A stretch of 64,000 nucleotides of DNA from a virus. Lineage: Duplodnaviria; Heunggongvirae; Uroviricota; Caudoviricetes. The position numbers and the translations under genes were made by a program. Under the pieces are notes generated by a model. The model had not been told where the DNA came from. It saw nothing but the letters and a program-made list of their open reading frames with translations, and did not search any database. Within the stretch, counting starts at the first letter, position 1; each line of letters starts with the position of its first letter. Below are positions 54,601-64,000 of this stretch, piece after piece. The stretch spans positions 80,765-144,764 of the IMG/VR virus record IMGVR_UViG_3300028591_000093, one strand, 5' to 3'.

Positions 54601-57600
54601 TGACTGAAGAAGTCTTGGGCTAGACCATCTAAATACTTGGTCAATATTATGAGGTGCAATACCAATATGAGCACCATCTTGTAAAGTATCACCAAAAGTA
54701 AAAATCTTTATACCATACTTTTCAGCAATATAACTCAGCACTTGTAATTCAGCAGAAGTAAAGTGAGTTACCTCATCAATAAGAATTGTCTTAGGGATAC
54801 TTAATATCTCATTTGTACTTCTATAGAAATCATCATTATTTGCATCAAAGTTCCAAATATGAGAACCATCTCTAGTTTCAATTTGAGTAAGTAAAGAATC
54901 TGCACTTGTTGGGTCTTGCAAAGATTGCATTAACTTACTGTATGCTTCATCAGTTAAGAACTTTCTTAACAATTCTTCTTTATTAGCAACATTAAGCAGT
55001 CTTACTTTGTGCTCACTAATGTTAGTTGTAACACTAGAGTGAAGTCTTTGTGCTTGATTAGTGTTAGGAGCTACAACAGAAGTTCTTTCTGTGTTAATCA
55101 TTGCTAAAATGTTTCTAGCTACAACAGAAGTCTTTCCTGCACCACTAACACCATTTAAGAAGAATATGTTCTTAGTCTTTAAGATAGAATAGTCACTATC
55201 ATACAGCCAATCAATAACTGCATTGTGTAATCCTATCTTATCTGCATACATGGAATAAGCAACTTTAGTAGCATGTTCTTGAGAGAAGTAAGGAACTTTA
55301 TCAAAATCACTACCAATGATTTCTCTATATTTAAATAAGAAATCTCTTGGGTCAATTGCAAGGATAGTAGTCAAGTATACAAGATAGTCATACTCTGAAA
55401 GAGCTTGCATATCTTTATGTAATCCTGCACTAAATAATCCTTTTTCAAGAATCTCTTCTCTACTAATTTCTAAGTTATCAAATAACTTTGCAATGTTACT
55501 TGCTACAAAGTCAGGTGTGAGAGATATTTCTCTAAACTTGTTAGACATATACTGCTCAATGAAAGCAAGTTGTCTGTCAGGTGTTGTATATTGGTCTATT
55601 TGGTCCTGTGGAGGATAAATAGAAATATCACCAATTTTCAACTTACTTGCATCAGCTTGCAGTTTAGCTAACACAATTTTAGTATATTGTTTTTTGATAT
55701 TCTTGTCTTCCTCTAACTTATTAACTGTATTAGTTTCATTAAGTGTTCTAAGGAATTCAAGTTTATCTACAATAGCATCAATATCTTGCATAAGTATAGC
55801 AGCATTTTCAGAAGAAATAGTTTCATACTTTTCTGCATTTGGTTTACCATACTTTTCAAGATATGCTCTAATTTGAGCATTGTAACCAAACAAATGACCT
55901 GTATAAGAGATTGGTGTACCATCCATACCTGCTACAAGAGCTTTCATAGTATTCAGAACTCTTTGAGCATTGTCAAGTTGTTCTGCAATATCAGGAGCTC
56001 TAAGATAGTCTTCAATAGAAGAAATACCAGATAAGTATGTAGACTCATTCTCTAACAGATTAAAGATACTTACTGCATTTCCATCATTAAGTTGGAAATC
56101 TAAGTCTCTTAATCTATCATATAAAGGATTTGTCTTAATCTCTTTAGTAATTGTAAGGTTATACTTTTCTGTTAATGGAGAAGTAATGATGGCACTAACT
56201 TTGTTTACAAAATCTTCTTTAAAATTAGGAATATTATGTATTACAGCTTTTGCTTGTTCATCTTCACCATTTTCTATATCAGAAATTACTTTATCAGCAA
56301 ATTCTTGAATGATTGTAGCAAGAGGTTGTTTACTGTCAAGACCTCTTACTAAGATACTATCAAAGTTATCTAAGTCTTGACTAGTTAAAGACCAATATGC
56401 CATTTCTCCATCAGGAGTAGGAGCATAATAACTTAATCTACTTTGAAGAATAGAATATTTATTCTTTATACTATTATAAACAAGTGTTTTAAGAATCTTG
56501 AAGAGTTCATTATCAATTACTTGATTTGTTTCAAAGTACTGATTAAATATAGTATCTTCAAGATTATAATCTCTTGCTTTTATAGAATTCAAGATGTTAC
56601 CAAATAAAGTTTCTTTTGCAGTATTAACATTTGTCTCATCTACAGTCATTTCTGTACCTATTACTTGTGACAGGTATTGAGAGAGGCCTTCGGTGAGAGT
56701 GGGGTTATTAACTGTATACTGGTCAACTAAAGCATCTGTATAAGGTTTAAGAGAATTAGCAATAAAAGCTGCTACCACATCTCCTGTTACATTGTTAGCA
56801 GGCACAGATGATAGCCATTCAGCAACTCTCTGATTTAAGTTTTGTCTTAATACAGATTCCTCTACACCAGACACTCTTGATACTTCAGCAATTAGTGAGT
56901 TATCTCCTAAAGCAGTATTTACAAATTCCTCACTTACTTTTACAGGGTCTGCTCTAAAGATGTCACCAAGAGTAACTCCAGGTAAACCACTCTGTGAAAG
57001 CACACTGGAAAGTTTAGTTAGGATTGTCCTATATGCTCCATCTCTTAATAAATTTGCATAATTGCCTCTACTTCCAGAAAGTATTGTGGTTAATACAGAT
57101 TTTCTTAAATCAGCATAATTCTCAACATAATCTTTAATTGCAGTTGAGAATGTTTGCTCAAGATTGTCATAAGCATTCTGTAAAATCCACATGAACTTAG
57201 TATCTACATTTTCATTGTCTCTCCATTGCTCATATTCTGTTTTAACAGTATTTTGAGTAACAGTAGCACCTTCAGTAGGAAGACTCTTATAGTCTACACC
57301 ATATTTAGCTTTAGTGTAGCTATATAAGTCCATAGTTACTAAGTTGTTTCTAATTTCTGGAATAAGATAACCAAGTGTGTACTTTAAGTATTTCTCATAG
57401 TTTTCACCGCCAAGAAATGCTCTAATAGAAGCAAGCTCTTCATTATACTTTTGCTGTACATTACCAGCTTCTGCTTCTGGAGTAGCACTTAATTGACTTC
57501 TCAAGTTAACCAGATTTGCAACATGCTTGTTGTAATCAGAAATAACTAACTTATGTATGTTACTATTTTCAATAAGAGGAATAATCTAAGCATCCCTAAC

Positions 57601-59799
57601 TACTTTTTTGAGAAGTTCTTGGTCATTGTTCTTAATATCCTCTGTATTGATAACAGAATCAATGTATCTAAGATATTCTATCAAACCTTGTACTACATAG
57701 TCGCCTCTTGTCTTAGAACCATTCTCAGCAACAGGTGCAGCTTGTCCATCTACAACAGTAGGTAATGATACAATATCACTGTCATACTTAGCCATGCTCT
57801 TTGCTACTTCAATTAACTCGTTAAGTCTACCATTAGCAATCTCATGGATAAGTGAATATTGAGTAGGAGGAGTTACTTGTTTGTTTGTTAACCAAGGCTC
57901 CACCCTAGTATTTTGAAACTCAAAGAGAGCACCACCTAAGAAGCCACCAAGAGCTGACATTAAATATCTTTGTGCTCCTTGCTCAGAGAAGACATTAGAC
58001 CAACCACCAAAGGAACCTTTGTTGTCGCCTAATCCCATCCAGCTCAAGAAGTCAAACATACCTTTAGTAACATCCATTGTAGCTTCTTCAGTTACTTCTT
58101 CAATAGATTCTGCAACAGCATTTCTCCAGAACGGTTCTGTACCATCAAATGTTCTTTCAAAAGTCTTATGAATACTATTTCTAGTCTTCTTAGCAAGTTC
58201 TGCAAACTTACTTAATTTTCCAGTAGCATCTGGTCTAGTAGCCATTTGGTCAATACCTGCTGCAATTTCATTGTAGTAAGGTCCGAGTGCTTTCTTTAAA
58301 GAGGCTTTGTTAATACTTCTCCAGTAGCCTTCATCTTGACCTAAGAACCAAGAAGACACTCTATCATCAATAGCAGTCATGGCTAAGTACTGTCCAAGTG
58401 TTGCTAACAATGCAGCAGCACCAGCAGTTCTTCTATCATAACCACCTTGTAAAGCATCTTGGTAAACATCGTTAGAAGAGATGAGAGCCATATAACCAAG
58501 GGATAAACCTCTGGCTAACTTACTTTGACTTTCCATCAAAGCTCTGATTTCAGGAGAAGCATTAACCATTCCTTGCCATACTTTAGCAGGTTCAATAGCA
58601 ATACCTTGAGCTTCCATTCCTCTAAGAGTATTCATATACTGATTAGAGAATTTCTGAAGTGCTTGTTTTTCTGCTTTAGTATAAGACATGCTTGAGAGTT
58701 TGCTTAAAGAAGCAGCAGCTTTCATTTGGTATAACTGACCAAATACATCAGATACCATATCTGCTACTTTCTCATAAGATAAGAAAGACTCATTAGCAGC
58801 ATCAGAATAAGAAGGATTAAACTTTGCAGCATAACCTTCCCATTTTGTCATTGTCTTACCAAAAGCAGAATCATTACTATTGGTTAACAAGCCGTCTAAC
58901 ATTTTACCAAAAGTAGGTAATACTTGTGCTAAAGATAAAGCAGCTGTAACACCACCATAGTAAATGTTAAAGTATGGAATCATGTAAGGAGCTATCTCAA
59001 AGACAGCTTTCATTGTTGTTCCTGCAACACTCTTATCAAGACCATCAGAATCAAAGAAGTCAACTTTGTTCAACCAAGAATCTTCCTTAGTCAGAATATC
59101 AGAGTAAGCTACTGGTTGTTTACCATAGATTTCTCTATTACCAATAGTCTCACAATAATACTGACCTTTATCATTCAGTTTTGGTTGTCCTTTCTTATGT
59201 TGAACTTCTCTACCAATCTTATCATCAAAATGAGTGCCATCTTCATCCCAAGTAGCATACACAAGAGTAGGTCTACCTAAGTATTTCAAACCTAAGAAAC
59301 CTTGTTCTTCTGCTGTGTAGTCTAACTCTTTTCCTGTCTCAAAATCAACTACTTTTGATTGTTGAGCAAGTTCTCTCCAGCTCTTAGTTTGGTCTCCCTC
59401 ACCAAAGAGATGTTTAACACCTCTACTAGTTCTGAGAGGATTTTCTATCTGCTGAATAGAATAAGTAGGTTTAACTTTTTGAGCATCTATTGGAGCATAA
59501 ATATCTCTAGGATTATACTTAGCATATTTACCAAGTTCCTTTGCAGACTTTACTGCTGCCATTTGGTCATACATTTCAGATGCATACCTATAAGTATCCT
59601 CAAAAAGTTTTTCATTAAACCCACCATCTCCCATCTTAAAGGCTTCCTGAACAAATTGTGAGTTCTTATATACATCTGGTGCTAAGAGCCCTGTATTCTC
59701 GGTATTTAAGCCATTAAATATCAGAGTGCTGACATTTGCAGTAGGATTGATTATTGCAGATACAAATATGTCATTAGGTTTTCTAATATCCTGTGTCAT
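51670..59799 (-). CDS. Giant virion/ejection protein (2709 aa with TAG as sense) with hydrophobic helices and an SF1 (RecD/UvrD-like) helicase domain
   Basis: TAGs at 57586 and 52684 join three track ORFs in frame. Motifs GVSGAGKT, LIDE, FGD-x-x-Q, VQGAE and YTFITR; ATG 59799 overlaps the upstream TGA. Confidence 0.85.
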
Positions 59800-61664
59800 T
59801 GTAAAATTAAATTAGTACTTGGCATTACAAGATTACCATTTTGTGCTTGGTCCCAAGCAACAGCTTGTCCATAAGTAGGAGTGCTGATTAAAGGTCCTTG
59901 ATTAACAAGAGTGTTAACATCAACAGGAGCTGTACTAGTAAGTTTCATAAAGATAGGAACTCTATAAAGGTTAGAGAACCAACCTTCCTTGAAGTTCAAG
60001 TGAGCATCTTTATCTTTTAACTTACTATTATACTGAGCATAAACTCTAGCAATAGCAGCTTCCTCTTCTTTCTTTTCTGGGCCTTTAAGCTCGTTTAAAT
60101 ATATGTTGGAATCATCATCTACAATCTTACTGGAGGTAATACCAGTAAACACAATGTACTGACTCATGTTGTCTCCAGCACCAGCTTGATAATTACCATT
60201 ATTATCAATATAACCACCAAAGCCATTGTTGTGTAAAAGTGTTTGCTGTTCTTCACTAGTAAGTGGTACTGGAGATTTCTTTATCCTATCAACAATAGCT
60301 TCAAATTGGGCAAGTCTATCAAAATCAATTTCTCCATTTGGAGTAGTTGGAACCCAAACATTGACTACCTCATTCCCATCATATACTATGCTGTCAAGTG
60401 TGTTCTCAGTGATTTTTTGATTACCAGCATAAATTCTAGTTTTATCAATCACACCACCTAGACCACCATTTAAAGCAACTGTTGCAGGAGTTTTTGTTAT
60501 TCTATTGTTATTTGCATCAGCAAGATAACCCATTCCAGTACCATGTAATTGAAGATTATACTCAGGCATTTTATCACTTGTAATATTAAGTGTAGTCTGT
60601 CCAAGAGAACCTTGTGTAAGCTGTTGTAAGCTTGTCATGTTTCTCTTTTGCTTGAGTTCCTCTTCTTCTTTAGCTCCTGCTGCTTTTGTAAGAGATGCAT
60701 CAAAATCTGCTGAATGTTCATATTCATTATCTCTTGCAGCATTCATAGCACTAAAGAATATATCATACATATTTTGATTAGCAGAACTATAAGAGCCACC
60801 ATTACCAACATGATGTGCAATCAATGCATTCTTCATGTTTTTTGGTAACATACTAAAGATGTATTTCATTGCATGATTCATTTGTGCAATCTGGTCTTTA
60901 GACATGTTTTTCTCTTTAAATACTGCTGTAGCACCAATTGTAGAAGTGATTTCAGCAAGCTGTTGTATAGCAGTTAAATCTTCAACAGTTGGTTTTTTAG
61001 GAAGTTGTTGTCCAAGAATAGTAGTAAGAGCTTGGAAAGCTTCAGAAGTAGTTTTGCTACTACCAATCTTATCTACTATTTTCCAAATCCAGTCATTAGC
61101 TTTCTCAACACCTGTACCACTACCAACAGTAGTAATAATGTCTTGATTATAAATGCTATGAGGGTCAAACTTCCTATATTCTATAAGTTGACTATATGTC
61201 AGAGGTTGTTGCTTATTATGATTTACTTTAGAAGCATGGACTTTAGAAACATCACCAGATGCATTTCTGACATACATAAAGCCATTTTCATCAATAGCAT
61301 AGTCTTCCAATGCATTGTTACTTTTAATTCTATTTTCTGCTTCTTCCATCCACTTGAAATTGTTAAATAACTCAGCAGCCTTAGCTTGTAATCTATAATA
61401 AGCTTTCTTGTCAAAGCCTGAAGGAGAAAAACTAGAAGTTGACTCAAAGGCCTCAACATCTCTGTAAAAATCATAGACCTCATTAGTAAGACCATTCTAC
61501 ATTAACTTAGTTTTAATATTCTCAGATAATACTTTTGGTCTTTCTTCTGTAGGAGCTTCCTATGAAGGAGCTTGACCAGTAGGAGGTACAAGGGAGGACT
61601 TGTAATAGTTCCTCCCTATGAATAAACCTCCACCAGCATATTTTTCAATGTTAAATTGTCTCAT
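59796..61664 (-). CDS. Putative virion cargo protein, 622 aa with TAG as sense
   Basis: ATG 61664 (MRQFNIEKYAGGG) overlaps the upstream TGA; TAGs at 61560 and 61497; continues in frame into track ORF 59796-61349. Confidence 0.8.
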
Positions 61665-63163
61665 TTGAATACACTTCTTAGTAAAATCTACTCTTCTGCA
61701 CTAAGTCTCTTTAAAGCCTCATTGAGGTTTCTAGACTGTATTTGTTGTGCTTTAAGTGTTTGTTCCTTTTCAGCTTGTTGCTTCTTTTGATGAAGCATTG
61801 CAAGTCTTACCCATCTATCAAGTTCCCTATCTCTTGGAGTCTTACCACCTTGCTTAAAGTGCATTGGTAGATATGCAGGAGTTGTTTGGAAATTCTGCAT
61901 AGGTAAACTATTGATGATAGTTGGATAATACTTTGTTTGTTGTTGTAAAGTAAGTATATTACTTTGCTGACCTAATCCTTTCTGTCTAGCAGCTTGTAAA
62001 TCAGTAAAAGTTTTATACAGTTCTTTACCTTTATCAGTACCAAGAACAGATTCAATGGTAAGTTGAGAATTTGGATGTAAACTGTTGTATCTTTGGATGT
62101 CTCCAGTTAATTGCTTTTGAACATCAGCCCAACTAAGATTACCAGCAAAGGAAGATTTAATTCCATTACCAAAATCATATTGAGCTCCTTCTCCAAAGTC
62201 ATTCTGGAAATTATCCAAAGATAAACTATCATTATATTGCTGTTGTAAAGCAAGCATTTGATTGTAGTACTGAGTAGCATCTTGGTTCTTTTGTTGTGCT
62301 AAAGCCTCAGCATTATAATCATGTAATCTTGATGTAATAGTATCAGCAGTAGCATCAATTGTCTGGATTAAATTACCAAACTTAGATTGATTATATGCTC
62401 TTTCTGCATTGATAACATTGTTAAATGCAGCAGCATGTTGTTGACTATTCTGATTAGCAACATTAGCATCAATTTGTGCTTGCTTGTTAGCAATCTCAGC
62501 AGCAGCTTGAGTATTAGTGTTTACTTCTTTTTCTTGTACTTGACCAATCTGTTCTTCATATTGTCTTGCCTGGTCTTCTCCCATTGCTCTAATTGCAGCA
62601 TTTTGTGTAGCATCAGAAGTTGTTTGCTGTGCAGCATTACTTCTTACTCTAGCAGCATTAGATGCTAACCTAGCTTTAGAAGCTCCATAATTAACTTGTG
62701 GAGCAACTAATCTAGGCCCTACAACAGTAGGTGTAATCATCTACTTTTGTAAATCAGCATCATTTTTAGCTGCAACTGTTGCTAATAACCCATTTATTAA
62801 ATTAGGAGTTGCAGAGAAAAGTCCTTGTAAAATACCTTTACCATAAGAATATTTATTCTGTGGCTGAGGCTAGAACTGAGGAACCATTTCTCCTTGCAAG
62901 TTGTTAGGGTCTGGAGAAGCAACAACTCCTGAAGGCATAGAACCAGCAGGAGCTGGAGCAGGAGCTACCTAACTTACATACTCACCAAGTCTTTCATTTA
63001 AAGGCTTTATTGCAGGTTTGTATGTGTAATCCTCAGGATTAAGTTTAGGTAGTGTTAGAGGTTTCCAAGTATTTTGTTGCAAAAATGGAAGGTTAAACTC
63101 TCCAAATCTTGGAACTGAACTTTGACCAGGATTAAATGTATCAAGTTTTAAATTCTCAAACAT
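61661..63163 (-). CDS. Putative virion cargo protein, Gln/Ala/Asn-rich, 500 aa with TAG as sense
   Basis: TAGs at 62969, 62870, 62741 and 61688 join track ORFs 62969-63163 and 61688-62740; ends at TGA 61661. Confidence 0.8.
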
Positions 63164-63164
63164 G

Positions 63165-64000
63165 TTATTCTTTATTTAATGGAGTGTAAAACTTACCACC
63201 TTGTTTGTAAACTATAAATGCAGGAGTTTGTTCAATACCCATTAAAATAGGAGTTCTACTCATAGAAGTAGGAGCAAACTCAGCACCAATTGGAGTGCCA
63301 GCATTAAACGCATTAACACCAGTAGTATTTAAGTGTTGTTGGTATCTTTGCATAAATGCATTGTGCTCTTTAGGGCTCATAGCATCCCAGAAATCATTTG
63401 GATTCTCTTTACCAAAATACCAGCCTTTCTTTGTAGCAGGGGTACTTGTAGGAGTTGGTGTACTAACTGGAGCTTTTACTTGTTTAGGAGCAAAGAACAA
63501 AGCTCTATTTCTTCCTGTAGCAATATCTACATCAGAAGCAAGTGGCCCAAGTCTTCTTTCCAGTCTTTCATTACCAGGAACTCCATAATCAAATGCAACT
63601 CTTTCAGGTTTGAAATTCTGTTCTGCAAGAGGATTATTAAACTGAGTTACTCTACCTCTCCAGAATTTCCATTGCATTTTCTTATCTGGAACTAATTCAA
63701 GGTCTTGATTTCCACCAATGTTTCTTAACAGCTTGTTAGCTTCTTGTAAATCAGGAGCTGTTTGTAACTTCTTGAGCTCTTCAGCTGTTAAAGGAACTTC
63801 AACATCAGTTAACTTTCCTGTAGTTGTGTTAGCTTGCTTAGCTTTAATCTTAAAGAACTTCTTATCACTCTGTGCAAGTAATGCGTTGTTTTGTGCTTTC
63901 TTAGTCTTATAACCACTTGCTGCTTGTCTGTTAAGACCTGCAATCATACTAAGACCTTGAATAAGAGTTCTCCAATCATTAGCAGTCATATCCTTACCTT
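63165..64000 (-). CDS. Putative virion cargo protein, probably 5'-truncated by the window edge
   Basis: Frame is open to the window end (G-K-D-M-T-A-N...); true TAA at 63165; C-terminal YKQGGK motif. Confidence 0.7.
   Translation of the reverse strand, partial: GKDMTANDWRTLIQGLSMIAGLNRQAASGYKTKKAQNNALLAQSDKKFFKIKAKQANTTTGKLTDVEVPLTAEELKKLQTAPDLQEANKLLRNIGGNQDLELVPDKKMQWKFWRGRVTQFNNPLAEQNFKPERVAFDYGVPGNERLERRLGPLASDVDIATGRNRALFFAPKQVKAPVSTPTPTSTPATKKGWYFGKENPNDFWDAMSPKEHNAFMQRYQQHLNTTGVNAFNAGTPIGAEFAPTSMSRTPILMGIEQTPAFIVYKQGGKFYTPLNKE

Noticed and set aside
46672-57504. Two track ORFs of identical length (1606 aa) as a duplication
   Set aside because: I saw no sequence similarity between them, and both are internal fragments of longer recoded genes, so the equal length is coincidental.
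33352-63163. Fragmented - strand ORFs as pseudogenes or sequencing frameshifts
   Set aside because: All breaks are in-frame TAGs with no frameshifts and no TAA/TGA, and readthrough gives perfect gene-to-gene coupling. Recoding explains the pattern.
149-63912. Numerous 60-140-aa ORFs antisense to or nested in major genes
   Set aside because: They are shadows of the AT-rich coding strand (Ser/Leu/Phe/Ile-rich) with no motifs and no intergenic space.
1-64000. CRISPR array, suppressor tRNA-CUA, integrase/transposase, inteins in PolB, DnaB or NrdD
   Set aside because: I saw no direct-repeat/spacer array or second tRNA cloverleaf by eye, and no recombinase motifs. PolB, DnaB and NrdD have normal lengths with no intein signatures. 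A tool-based scan could still find weak elements.

Overview
AT-rich, gene-dense 64-kb segment of a crAss-like bacteriophage genome (order Crassvirales, probable Bacteroidota host). The assignment is inferred from gene content and architecture, not from a database search. Two convergent modules meet at a bidirectional terminator near 33.3 kb. The + strand (1-33.27 kb) reads cleanly in the standard code. It carries tRNA-Phe, accessory genes (NADAR, phosphoesterases, HAD, radical SAM plus three 'WETNSSS' paralogs, ClpP), the replisome (PolB, SF2 helicase, DnaB, AAA ATPase, SSB, primase), nucleotide metabolism (ThyX, NrdD/NrdG, dUTPase), nucleases, a degenerate ligase-like gene, and a complete Ubl-E2-JAB-E1 ubiquitin-like cassette. 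The - strand (33.35-64 kb) looks fragmented in the ORF track only because 18 in-frame TAG codons are read as sense, probably Gln. With readthrough it resolves into seven tightly abutting genes (500-2709 aa for the six with TAG codons, plus one of 288 aa) and one edge-truncated gene. These include the virion RNA polymerase subunits and polyvalent ejection proteins. The RNAP catalytic DxDxD motif is split by a 923-nt group I intron encoding a LAGLIDADG endonuclease. The most unusual observations are: (i) cysteines paired at every C-terminus/N-terminus junction of five consecutive giant proteins but absent from the two outer ends; (ii) the phage ubiquitin-like conjugation operon; (iii) the radical SAM/ETNSSS cluster; (iv) amber codons clustered near gene 5' ends.
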